DNA of 64,000 bases, from assembly GCA_003282105.1 (NCBI GenBank), contig QCAB01000001.1, positions 49,785-113,784 on the forward strand. Direction: 5' to 3'. The notes beneath the pieces are model-generated. The model had not been told where the DNA came from. It did not search any database and saw only the letters and a program-made list of their open reading frames with translations. A program made the translations under genes and the position numbers. Below are positions 1-13,108 of this stretch, in pieces. The stretch's first letter is position 1. Each line of letters starts with the position of its first letter. Origin of the DNA: SAR86 cluster bacterium AG-339-G14 (lineage in GTDB: Bacteria; Pseudomonadota; Gammaproteobacteria; Magnimaribacterales; AG-339-G14).

Positions 1-170
1 TACAAAATACAAATTTCTGTGATATTTCCTTGTTCATGAAAGAAAACATTTTAACCGTCCATATTGCAATAGATAATTTAATGAAGGGTGCTGCTTCACA
101 AGCAATTCAATGTTTTAATTTGATGATTGGTGCAAACGAATACGAAGGAGTGACATTAAAAGATGATTGA
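1..170 (+). CDS. argC: N-acetyl-gamma-glutamyl-phosphate reductase, C-terminal fragment (gene begins upstream of window)
   Basis: Frame starting at nt 3 reads ...HIAIDNLMKGAASQAIQCFNLMIGANEYEGVTLKDD*. DNLxKGAAxQAxQxxNLM is the conserved ArgC C-terminus. Stop TGA 168-170 overlaps the erpA ATG. Confidence 0.6.
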   Translation, partial: QNTNFCDISLFMKENILTVHIAIDNLMKGAASQAIQCFNLMIGANEYEGVTLKDD

Positions 171-510
171 AAAATATACGCCTCAAGAATTAACCATTTC
201 TGATGCTGCATTAGAGCGCATCGGAAAATTAGTCTCGGATGAGGCAGGTAAAAAAGTTTCTCTTAGAGTTTTTGTTACAGGTGGAGGATGCTCAGGTTTT
301 CAATATGGATTTAAACTTGAAGATCATTTCGAAGATGATGATACCTTTCTTAAAAAGGAAGAGTTTTCAGTAGTAATTGATCCGTTAAGCATGCAGTATA
401 TTTTTGGATCTACTTTGGATTACAAAGAAGATTTGGAAGGTTCAAGATTCGTAATAGATAATCCAAACGCAGTTACAACCTGTGGATGTGGGTCATCTTT
501 CTCAATTTAA
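163..510 (+). CDS. erpA: Iron-sulfur cluster insertion protein (A-type carrier, ErpA/IscA family)
   Basis: 115 aa. GGGCSGFQY and C-terminal CGCGSSF cysteine ligand motifs typical of A-type Fe-S carriers. argC-erpA-anmK neighbourhood as in Pseudomonas. Confidence 0.85.
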   Translation: MIEKYTPQELTISDAALERIGKLVSDEAGKKVSLRVFVTGGGCSGFQYGFKLEDHFEDDDTFLKKEEFSVVIDPLSMQYIFGSTLDYKEDLEGSRFVIDNPNAVTTCGCGSSFSI

Positions 511-1643
511 CTTTTAAAAATTTCTCCGGTTAAAGAAATTTCAGCATTTGTTGAAGAACGAAGGTTTATTTTTCTACTTTCAATTCTCTGTTTTGCAAGC
601 CACGCAAAAGTAGAAGTTTCTACTAACATGGGATCTATCCCTAAAGTCTTAGTGGTATAAAGCTTCCATTTTTTTGGTAATTTTGACTTTATCAAATCCA
701 TTAAAAATAAGTTTTTACTGCCCCCTCCACAAAGATAAATTCCTAACTCTTTAACATTACAGTTTTCTTTTAGAGAATTAAAAATTGATTTAGCAGTAAT
801 TTCAGTCATTGCTGAAATCCAATCAAATTTGGAAATTTGTATTTCTCTTGAGTAAATTTCAGAAAAATTATAATTTTCAGTAGAGTCACTTTTCGGAGGC
901 TTTCGATGAAAATATTCCCTTGAAAGAAATTCATTTATTAATTTATCTAATTTCTTTAAATCTCCTTTTTTCCCCCAACGACCATTTTTATCAAATGAAT
1001 TTTCTCCGTTAGAGAAAAACTTTACGCTTTGATCTATTAAACAGTTTCCTGGCCCAGAATCCCACCCCATGATTTTTTGATTTTTGAGCAATAGCGTAAG
1101 ATTCGATATTCCACCAATGTTAATTATTACTCTATTTTCCTTTTTATTTCTTAGAAATTTTTGATGAAATGCTGGAGTCAAAGGTGCTCCGCTACCTCCA
1201 TTAATAATATTAGTTTGTCTAAAATTACCGATCGTAGTTATGCCAGTTTGAATCGCAATCAAGTCTGGACTTCCAATTTGCAAAGAGTATGGTTTTTTTG
1301 AAAAAGGAGAATGCTGAATAGTTTGTCCGTGAGAACCAATAGCCGTTATATCTGAGCTGCAAAGACCTGATTTTTTAATTAATCTCTTGATAGTCTTCAC
1401 AGTAATTCTAGTGAACTCATCATCTGCTTGCTTAAGAGCTTTTGTAGGATTTTGAAACAGATTTTTTTTACTTTTTGATAGATAGAATAACTTAGCTTTT
1501 AGATCTTCAGGCATCTTGAAGGATATCGAATCAACTAGTTTTATTTTATTGGTAATTTTGTAGATAGATGCATCAATTGCGTCCATGCTTGTTCCAGAAA
1601 GCGTTCCAATAAAATAATTATTTTTTTTACTGGTTGATTGCAT
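507..1643 (-). CDS. anmK: Anhydro-N-acetylmuramic acid kinase
   Basis: 378 aa. N-terminal GTLSGTSMDAIDA and internal NIGGISN / GPGN motifs characteristic of AnmK. Conserved position next to the M23 peptidase and tyrS. Confidence 0.85.
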   Translation of the reverse strand: MQSTSKKNNYFIGTLSGTSMDAIDASIYKITNKIKLVDSISFKMPEDLKAKLFYLSKSKKNLFQNPTKALKQADDEFTRITVKTIKRLIKKSGLCSSDITAIGSHGQTIQHSPFSKKPYSLQIGSPDLIAIQTGITTIGNFRQTNIINGGSGAPLTPAFHQKFLRNKKENRVIINIGGISNLTLLLKNQKIMGWDSGPGNCLIDQSVKFFSNGENSFDKNGRWGKKGDLKKLDKLINEFLSREYFHRKPPKSDSTENYNFSEIYSREIQISKFDWISAMTEITAKSIFNSLKENCNVKELGIYLCGGGSKNLFLMDLIKSKLPKKWKLYTTKTLGIDPMLVETSTFAWLAKQRIESRKINLRSSTNAEISLTGEIFKS

Positions 1644-2916
1644 AAATTTGTAAATAAAGATTGTCTATTCTGTTGATCATTTTGATAGCTACTCTCTTAA
1701 ATTTATCTTTTTCTGAGTCAATAATCGGTTCTGCATCGGGAAGTTTTACAGTTAACGGATCGGTGTGCATACCATTTACCCTGAATTCATAGTGAAGATG
1801 ATAACCTGTCGCAAGACCTGACTTTCCTACGTAACCTATTATTTCTCCTTGGTCTACTTTATCTCCTATTTTCAATCCTTTTTTGTATTTAAATAAATGT
1901 GCGTATCTAGTTGAATAATCTTTAGTATGTTTTATTTCAATTAATCTTCCATATCCTCCTTTATTTCCAATAAAAGCAATCGTACCAGAGCTTGTGGAGA
2001 TAATTGGAGTACCTTTAGGAGCAGCGTAATCAACTCCTGTATGGGCTCTAATTTTATTTAAAACAGGATGTCTCCTGTTCAGATTATATTTTGAACTTAT
2101 ATAACTAAATTCAACTGGCGTTCTTAAAAAAGCTTTTTTTACATTTTTTCCTCTTGTTGAGAAATACTCTTTCGTTCCATCTGCGTAATAATATCTAATA
2201 GCTGTGAAAACTTTATTTCCTCTGATAAATCTCGCCGCCTTGATGTCTGAATTTTTAACCTGAATACCATTCCAATAAAAATCTTCATACAAAACATCAA
2301 ATTTATCTCCCGGTCTTATATCAAATATAAAATCAATATCCCATCCAAAAATATAAACCAAGTCCATTATTAGGCTATCTGAAAGCCCTTCATTTAGAGC
2401 AGACTCGTATAATGAATTTTCAATAATCACGGATGCAAATCTTTCCAATTTCTCTAGAGGTCTAGAGAATCTTTTAATAGTAAAGATATTATTTTCAAAT
2501 TTAGCTAAAACGCCTTCAAAGCCATTAGAAGTCAAAAAGATTTCTTTTGGCTCCCCAGATATTTTTTTTGAAATTTCCAAGGAGTCTCCAATTTTTATCC
2601 GAGCTAACTTTTCTGATCCCTTAGTTTTTATTAGCGCTTTGATGAAGCTGTCTTTTAAGCCGGACTGTTTAAGAAGATTTAAGAGAGTATCGTTTTTTTT
2701 TATTTCAAAAATTTGAATTGAATTATTAATATCATTGCCCAAGGCAAAATCGCTATTCTTAACTTCAATTTTTTCTCTTGTAACTTCCAAGATTTCATAA
2801 TCAGCGCTGTTCGAAACAAAAGAAAAGTTTGGAAAAAAAACCAAACTTAAAAAGGCGAAAATAAAAATTATTAAAATAATTAGGTAATATCTGAGTTCAA
2901 AAAAAACCTTTCCCAT
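1627..2916 (-). CDS. Murein DD-endopeptidase, M23/LytM family with N-terminal membrane anchor (MepM/YebA-like)
   Basis: 429 aa. C-terminal HTGVDYAAPKGTPI ... GYVGKSGLATGYHLHYEF zinc-binding M23 motifs (HxxxD, HxH). N-terminal hydrophobic helix. Confidence 0.85.
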   Translation of the reverse strand: MGKVFFELRYYLIILIIFIFAFLSLVFFPNFSFVSNSADYEILEVTREKIEVKNSDFALGNDINNSIQIFEIKKNDTLLNLLKQSGLKDSFIKALIKTKGSEKLARIKIGDSLEISKKISGEPKEIFLTSNGFEGVLAKFENNIFTIKRFSRPLEKLERFASVIIENSLYESALNEGLSDSLIMDLVYIFGWDIDFIFDIRPGDKFDVLYEDFYWNGIQVKNSDIKAARFIRGNKVFTAIRYYYADGTKEYFSTRGKNVKKAFLRTPVEFSYISSKYNLNRRHPVLNKIRAHTGVDYAAPKGTPIISTSSGTIAFIGNKGGYGRLIEIKHTKDYSTRYAHLFKYKKGLKIGDKVDQGEIIGYVGKSGLATGYHLHYEFRVNGMHTDPLTVKLPDAEPIIDSEKDKFKRVAIKMINRIDNLYLQIYAINQ

Positions 2917-2980
2917 TTTTTATTATCAATAATTTTATCTGTTAAAGTTATAAGTACTATTTTATGACATCTTAACTTTC

Positions 2981-4204
2981 ATGGGCATACTTCAAGAAAA
3001 AATTGAAATACTTCTCAGAGGGGTCGAAGAAGTAATACCCAAAAAGGATTTTATATCTTTGATAGAAAAGAAACAAAAACTTACTATCAAGGCAGGTTTT
3101 GATCCCACTTCTCCAGATTTACATCTTGGACACACTGTCTTAATTAACAAATTAAAACAATTCCAAGATCTTGGGCATAAAGTAGTTTTTTTAATTGGAG
3201 ATTTCACTGGCTCCATCGGAGATCCTTCCGGAGTGAGCGAAACTAGACCGGTTCTTTCAGGAAAAGATTTAAAAAGGAATGCTAAAACATATGAAAAACA
3301 GATTTTTAAAATTCTAGATCCTAAGAAAACCGAAATTAAATTCAACTCGACCTGGTTCAAAAAGATGACTCCAGAAGATTTTATAAAGTTGGCTTCATCT
3401 ATGACTGTTGCAAGAATGTTAGAAAGAGACGACTTTAGTAAGCGATACAAAAATAACCAACCAATTTCAGTTCATGAGTTTCTTTACCCTTTAGTTCAAG
3501 GATACGACTCTTTTCAATTAAAAGCTGACGTGGAGTTAGGCGGAACCGACCAAAAATTTAACCTTCTTGTGGGAAGAGATGTTCAGAGAATCAATGGTAT
3601 GAAAGAACAAATTATTATGACTCTACCAATCTTGGAAGGTCTTGACGGTGTAAAAAAAATGTCTAAATCTTTAAATAATTACATAGGTTTAACTGACAGT
3701 AGAGACGAAATGTTTGGAAAGTTAATGTCTATCTCAGATGAGATGATGTGGAGATATTACGATTTGTTGAGTTTTAAGACTAATAAAGAAATTGATAAAT
3801 TAAAAAAACTTTCCAAAACTGGAAGTAGTTTGATGGAGGCAAAACTCTTATTAGGCTTTGAGATTGTAGAAAGATTTCATGGAAAAAATAACGCTACTAA
3901 AGCATTAAATGAATTTAAAAATAGATTTAGTCAAAAAAATGATCCGACAGAAATTTCTGCAGAAAATATAAAAGTGAAGGGCAACTCTATGAATTTGATA
4001 GACGTTCTTAGCCATCCAGATCTCAAAGAAAGAAAGCTTTGCAAGAGTAAGTCGGAAGCAAAAAGAATGATAAATCAATCCGCTGTTAGAGTAGATGGAA
4101 AAAGAATATTAGATGAAAATTTTAAGATAAAAATTAACTCAAAAACTCTGTTTCAAGTAGGTAAAAAGAGGTTTTTGAAAATAACTTTAAAAAGCATGAA
4201 TTAA
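2981..4204 (+). CDS. tyrS: Tyrosine--tRNA ligase (type 2, TyrZ-like, C-terminal S4 domain)
   Basis: 407 aa. HIGH-type motif DLHLGH and KMSKS motif both present. [16 protein letters not shown]...[15 protein letters not shown]. Confidence 0.95.
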   Translation: MGILQEKIEILLRGVEEVIPKKDFISLIEKKQKLTIKAGFDPTSPDLHLGHTVLINKLKQFQDLGHKVVFLIGDFTGSIGDPSGVSETRPVLSGKDLKRNAKTYEKQIFKILDPKKTEIKFNSTWFKKMTPEDFIKLASSMTVARMLERDDFSKRYKNNQPISVHEFLYPLVQGYDSFQLKADVELGGTDQKFNLLVGRDVQRINGMKEQIIMTLPILEGLDGVKKMSKSLNNYIGLTDSRDEMFGKLMSISDEMMWRYYDLLSFKTNKEIDKLKKLSKTGSSLMEAKLLLGFEIVERFHGKNNATKALNEFKNRFSQKNDPTEISAENIKVKGNSMNLIDVLSHPDLKERKLCKSKSEAKRMINQSAVRVDGKRILDENFKIKINSKTLFQVGKKRFLKITLKSMN

Positions 4205-4229
4205 AGCTTTTATAAAGTCGATACCTATG

Positions 4230-4235
4230 TATAAT
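4230..4235 (+). promoter_or_regulatory. Candidate -10 hexamer (TATAAT) of an rrn promoter
   Basis: Perfect TATAAT about 55 nt upstream of the 16S processing stem. Only a weak -35 (cttta/ttttat) 16-18 nt upstream. Not otherwise supported. Confidence 0.25.
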
Positions 4236-4287
4236 CGCAATTTCCTGCGCAGTAATATACTGTACAGGGAGTTTTTTAACATATTAG

Positions 4288-4309
4288 TTCATGTAATTCG
4301 TGCGGACAC
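4288..4309 (+). other. 5' arm of pre-16S rRNA processing (RNase III-type) stem; pairs with 5961-5982
   Basis: ttcatgtaattcgtgcggacac pairs with gtgttcgctcgaattacatgaa. Hand count over 22 positions: 20 Watson-Crick, 1 G-U, 1 mismatch. Weaker pairing continues toward the 16S ends (4310-4335 with 5936-5960). Confidence 0.8.
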
Positions 4310-4399
4310 TTGCCTTGTGAACAGAGGTATGTGTCATTTTTTGAATATTTATATTCAAAACCCTTTTTTGATATTTTTTGAGAAAAATATCCGTTTAAT

Positions 4400-5934
<1,535 letters not shown>

Positions 5935-6190
5935 CTATAAACACACTATCTTTGTTGTGAGTGTTCGCTCGAATTACATGAATTAATTTCAGACCTTAAA
6001 TAAGGTTTAGAGAGTTTTTTAAAAGTATTGTGATCCAAATATTAATAATTACTGTTATCAATTATTAATAATTATTTAAAAGTTTTATAACTTTTAAACA
6101 TCAAGTTCAAGAATCGAATTCAATTCGATTCTGAATGCTAATGGCAAATAAAATTAGGCGCTTATTATTCAAAGAAACTTAACTTTTAAA

Positions 6191-6211
6191 CTTTTTTTGT
6201 TTAGAAACATT
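6191..6211 (+). other. 5' arm of pre-23S rRNA processing stem; pairs with 9116-9138
   Basis: tttagaaacatt (6200-6211) is the exact reverse complement of aatgtttctaaa (9116-9127). ctttttt (6191-6197) pairs with aaaaaag (9132-9138). Confidence 0.75.
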
Positions 6212-9115
<2,904 letters not shown>

Positions 9116-9179
9116 AATGTTTCTAAATTTGAAAAAAGACCTAATTTTTTTTGTGGATCACAATAATGAACAAGAATTT

Positions 9180-9298
9180 TGTCCGATGACAATAGCAAGT
9201 GTGGCCCACCTGATTCCATATCGAACTCAGAAGTGAAACCACTTAGCGCCGATGGTAGTGTAGTTTTTTCTATGCGAGAGTAGGACATCGTCGGACTT
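9180..9298 (+). rRNA. rrf: 5S ribosomal RNA
   Basis: tgtccgatgac...cccacctgattccatatcgaactcagaagtgaaacc...gcgccgatggtagtgt...atgcgagagtaggacatcgtcggac aligns along its length with E. coli 5S. The terminal helix is formed by gtccga/tcggac. Confidence 0.92.
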
Positions 9299-9307
9299 CT
9301 TGTTAAA

Positions 9308-10114
9308 TCAGATAGTCCCCATACAAATTGCGTATTCTCCGTTTTCGTGGAAAAGGGGCTCCATGTTTATAGTTCCTAATCCGTCCATTAACATTTCTCT
9401 GAGAAGATCATATTTATAGGATCTTCCAATCACATATACTTTTTTTATGTCATTTATAGAAGCTACCGTAATAGCTGTTTTTAAAATTGTTTGTCCTACC
9501 ATGCTAATTATTCCGGCAGCTAAATCTTCTTTGTTGCATTCAGAATAATCTATTTTTCCAAAGTTCACGGCACTTGCAGATTCTGGTAGATTTCCAATTG
9601 GACCTGAAATAACATCTTTTAATAATAGATCCACTTTTTCTCTTTTCCCTTTAGACGAAAGAGCATTTATTATTATTGGATCATCTTCACCAACAATTAA
9701 TTTACTCAAACCTCTTATAGTACCTCCACCTAATCCAGTTCCTGCGGCATGGAAAATTTCACCTTCACTAAAGATTGCGCATGCTGAACCAGACCCAAGA
9801 CTCATGACCATAAATTTCTCTTCTTTAGGATGAAAAGTATTTATTGCTCCCTTAACAATTGCGTCGACTTCGTTGTAATGTTTTATTTCAATTCCTTCAT
9901 AAGACGAACCTAAAGCTTCGTGCTTACCTCCTGTAACCCCAATTATTTGTAAATTAGAAACATCATCTGTACAAGATGAGATTAACTCTTTAAGAAAATT
10001 GACAGAAGTATTTTTTGAGGAAAAAGTTTTAAATTTTAAGTTAGCACCATCGTCTATTACTACGTCGGTATTAGTTATACCAAAATCAATTCCTAACTTA
10101 ATGGATCTAGACAT
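9308..10114 (-). CDS. coaW: Type II pantothenate kinase (fumble/CoaW family, ASKHA fold)
   Basis: 268 aa. GIDFGITNTD (phosphate-1), VTGGKH, SLGSGS, AAGTGLGGGTIRGL, DLLLKDVISG, ASAVNFGK and C-terminal ENGEYAICMGTI follow the order and spacing I remember for S. aureus CoaW and eukaryotic PanK. Alternative: another small ASKHA sugar/acid kinase. Confidence 0.55.
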   Translation of the reverse strand: MSRSIKLGIDFGITNTDVVIDDGANLKFKTFSSKNTSVNFLKELISSCTDDVSNLQIIGVTGGKHEALGSSYEGIEIKHYNEVDAIVKGAINTFHPKEEKFMVMSLGSGSACAIFSEGEIFHAAGTGLGGGTIRGLSKLIVGEDDPIIINALSSKGKREKVDLLLKDVISGPIGNLPESASAVNFGKIDYSECNKEDLAAGIISMVGQTILKTAITVASINDIKKVYVIGRSYKYDLLREMLMDGLGTINMEPLFHENGEYAICMGTI

Positions 10115-10148
10115 GAGCTGTTATGAACAGCTTAATTTTTACCAAAAA

Positions 10149-11300
10149 CTAAGCATTAGCTTGTGCTTCTTGAATTGCTGCAAGCATGTCATCAGAATCT
10201 TTTTTAACTTGATCTGAGGATTCTAAAGGCTTAGAAATTTCAGCCCAATCAATTTCATAATCACTCGCAGCATTTTCATACTCAAGAATACCAAGTTCTT
10301 CGTATTTCGGTCTTACAGAGTCTGTAAGCAGACCAATTCTTTTTAGATTTGGCATAACCCTTGAAAATAAAAAGCTTCTGAATTGGTCTAAACCACCATT
10401 ATTTAATTGAAATACTCTAGCTTCTTCATCAGACATTTTTAAAAACTTTGTCATCGCTCCAGTATTTATCAATCTATCTTTTGAAACTACGCAGGCTTCA
10501 AAAGCGAATTCGGCTCTTTCTTCAATTTCTTCAGGAGAAAGAGTTTTAACAAAATCCTCTAAATAATTAATTCCAAAAGTTACGTGACGCGCTTCATCTC
10601 TTATGATGTAGTGAAGAAGAGTTTGCAAAAGAGGGTCTCTGGCAGAAAGCTTCATATTAGTAAAGGCCGCAAGAGCAAGTCCCTCAATAATAATTTGCAT
10701 TCCAATGAACTTTAAATCCCATCTTTCATCGGTAAGTATTTTATCTAATAAAGCTTTTAAACTCGGATTTATAGGGTAGTGAAAGCCAATTTTTTCCTGT
10801 AAATAACGATTGAAAACTTCAACATGCCTAGCTTCATCGAAAGTTTGAGAAGCAGCGTACATTTTTGCGTTAAAAGTTGGAGCACAACTTGCTATTTGTG
10901 AAGCTACTAATAGAGCCCCCTGCTCACCGTGAAGAAATTGACATAGAACCTCAGCAGTTTCATGTCTGTCGAATTCAATTTTTTCTTCTTGAGATAGGGC
11001 TTTGTAAGCATCTAATTGTTCGTGAGGAAATTCAACTCCATCAACTCCCAAAAGAGGCTCATCTGCTGGATGGGTGTAACTCCAGTCTAAATCTATTGAG
11101 CCATTCCAATTTAATTCTTTCCCAAGTTCGTAAAGCTTTTTTATTCTGTTTTCAGCTACAGTGTAGTCCCAATTGTAAGAACCAGTAAGAGGTGTATTAA
11201 AGATTTCTACAACGTCTTCAACATCTTTTTCTTTAAGATCCAGTTCGTCATCAAAATAAACTAAATCTTCGGGAGGACCCGGTCTTTTTGTGATTTTCAT
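10149..11300 (-). CDS. Ferritin-like diiron-carboxylate oxygenase (AurF / acyl-ACP-desaturase-like superfamily), substrate unknown
   Basis: 383 aa. Four-helix ligand pattern E / ExxH / E / ExxH seen as FLHGEQGAL, FDEARHVEVF, IIIEGLALAAF, IRDEARHVTFG. Confidence 0.6.
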   Translation of the reverse strand: MKITKRPGPPEDLVYFDDELDLKEKDVEDVVEIFNTPLTGSYNWDYTVAENRIKKLYELGKELNWNGSIDLDWSYTHPADEPLLGVDGVEFPHEQLDAYKALSQEEKIEFDRHETAEVLCQFLHGEQGALLVASQIASCAPTFNAKMYAASQTFDEARHVEVFNRYLQEKIGFHYPINPSLKALLDKILTDERWDLKFIGMQIIIEGLALAAFTNMKLSARDPLLQTLLHYIIRDEARHVTFGINYLEDFVKTLSPEEIEERAEFAFEACVVSKDRLINTGAMTKFLKMSDEEARVFQLNNGGLDQFRSFLFSRVMPNLKRIGLLTDSVRPKYEELGILEYENAASDYEIDWAEISKPLESSDQVKKDSDDMLAAIQEAQANA

Positions 11301-11359
11301 ATGGGTAAATTATTCCTTTGAGCCTTCAAAGTCAACATTTTTAACGAGTAATATTTTCC

Positions 11360-13108
11360 TTATCTTTCGGCAAATAATTCAGTTAGTTGTTCCAACATAA
11401 CTCCACCTAATTCTTCTGCCCTATGGATTGTTACAGCCTTGGAATAATACCTTGTTACATCATGTCCAATACCAATTGCAATCAGGTCGATATCTGTTTT
11501 GTTTTCAATATCTTTAATCACCGATTTTAAATGATTGTCCAAATAGCTTGTTGAATTTGTAGATAAAGTACTATCATCGACAGGTGCCCCATCGGAAATC
11601 ACCATGAGAATTTGTCTTTGTTCATGTCTTTTAAATAATCTGCTGCAAGCCCAAAGTAACGCTTCTCCGTCAACGTTTTCTTTGAGTAATCCTTCCCGCA
11701 GCATTAATCCTAGGTTTTTCTTTGCTCTTCTCCAGGCAAGATCTGCAGGTTTAAAAATAATATGACTAAGATCGTTAAGTCTACCTGGATTGCTTGGCTT
11801 GCCGCATTCAACCCATAACTTACGACTGTCTCCACCTTTCCAATGTTTTGTTGTAAAACCTAAGATTTCTGTTTTTATATTACACCTATCTAATGTCGCT
11901 CCAATGATATCTGCTGAAATCGCGGCTGTTGTCATAGATCTTCCTCTCATTGAGCCAGAACTGTCGACAAGAATAGTCACTACAGTGTCTTTAAATTTTG
12001 TGTCTTTTTCTTGTTTAAAGCTTAAAGGCGTTAGAGGATCGGTTATTATTTTAGTTAATTTAGATGTATCCAATATCCCTTCATCTTTATCGTACTCCCA
12101 AGATCTGTTTTGCTGAGCTAACAGTAATCTTTGAAGTCTATTAGCTAATTTAGCAATTACACTTTTGCTTGGATCTATTAATTGATCTAATCTTATCCTT
12201 AACCTTTTCAGCTCTTCTTGTGCACATAGATCCTCTGCGTCGACAATTTCATCAAAGTCTCTACAGAACACTTTGTATTCTTGATTGTTTTCGACATTAA
12301 ATAATTCTTCTAGTTTGGATCTATTTTCGATCCAATTTTCATCTGAATCTTCGACCTCTTCCTCTTCAAATTCCATTTCCTCAGAAGATTCCGAATCGGT
12401 TGGAGATTCTTCTGGAGAGCCTTCTTCCTGCGGCTCTTCATCTTGATTTTCCTCATCTGATTCTTCGTCTTCACTGTCATCATCATCAGATGAGCTTTCT
12501 TCTTTTTGTTCTTCTTCTTCAAATTTAATGTTGAGCTCTTTAAGAAGATTTTGAATACTCTCAAGATATGACTCCTTGTCCTTAATATTGTTTTTAAGTT
12601 CAGGAATAAATTTTTTCTCTATTTTTTTTAAATCTTTACTGAATGGTTCTAAAATTTTTTCTTCCAGAGCTGTAAATTTATTCCCTAGAATTTTCCCTTT
12701 GATCCAAATATCTAAAATTTTATTAATGCTCTCAATTGCTGACTCCGGTTTAAATTCTTCTAATTCTTCAACGAAATTATTTCTTAGATTGCTTTTGAGA
12801 CCTTTGTACTGGAGTGAACCTAAGACTTCAATTCGAACGCTGTTTTGCACCGAGAGGCTTTGATCTAATTCATTATTACCAGTAATTTCACTTCTTAACT
12901 CATTAGAAAACTTTTCTTTCAGAGCTATCTTGTCGGCTTTCGCTCTGCTTAGGTTTAATCCATGCAAGGAGCTTTCGGGAAGAGGAATTGAATTAGAATG
13001 AATTGAATCGCTTCCGAAATTAAGTTCCAAGTCAGTTTTGGAGGAAATTGCTCTAGAAGAGGAAGAGAGCGCTTCCTTTAATATTTGTTCTTTGGATCTA
13101 TCACTCAA
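11360..13108 (-). CDS. cobT: CobT-type protein: N-terminal domain, long acidic linker, C-terminal von Willebrand A domain
   Basis: 582 aa. About 60-aa D/E/S-rich linker ([28 protein letters not shown]...). VWA MIDAS motif DSSGSM in [11 protein letters not shown]. Architecture and 4-nt overlap with cobS as in alphaproteobacterial CobS/CobT. Confidence 0.7.
   Translation of the reverse strand: MSDRSKEQILKEALSSSSRAISSKTDLELNFGSDSIHSNSIPLPESSLHGLNLSRAKADKIALKEKFSNELRSEITGNNELDQSLSVQNSVRIEVLGSLQYKGLKSNLRNNFVEELEEFKPESAIESINKILDIWIKGKILGNKFTALEEKILEPFSKDLKKIEKKFIPELKNNIKDKESYLESIQNLLKELNIKFEEEEQKEESSSDDDDSEDEESDEENQDEEPQEEGSPEESPTDSESSEEMEFEEEEVEDSDENWIENRSKLEELFNVENNQEYKVFCRDFDEIVDAEDLCAQEELKRLRIRLDQLIDPSKSVIAKLANRLQRLLLAQQNRSWEYDKDEGILDTSKLTKIITDPLTPLSFKQEKDTKFKDTVVTILVDSSGSMRGRSMTTAAISADIIGATLDRCNIKTEILGFTTKHWKGGDSRKLWVECGKPSNPGRLNDLSHIIFKPADLAWRRAKKNLGLMLREGLLKENVDGEALLWACSRLFKRHEQRQILMVISDGAPVDDSTLSTNSTSYLDNHLKSVIKDIENKTDIDLIAIGIGHDVTRYYSKAVTIHRAEELGGVMLEQLTELFAER

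Noticed and set aside
4341-4358. Palindrome ttgaatat-tt-atattcaa in the rRNA leader, and the duplicated attaataatta strings in the ITS (about 6036-6080).
   Set aside because: These are pure A/T low-complexity sequence in an AT-rich genome, so chance occurrence is likely. I found no boxA-like antitermination consensus to anchor a functional call.
12310-12564. 84-aa Lys/Arg-rich ORF, and the repetitive GA-rich DNA at about 12330-12520 that looked like a tandem repeat.
   Set aside because: It is the out-of-frame reading of the GAA/GAT/TCx-rich acidic linker of cobT on the same strand. Such an acidic linker is a normal feature of CobT-type proteins, not a repeat element or a separate gene.
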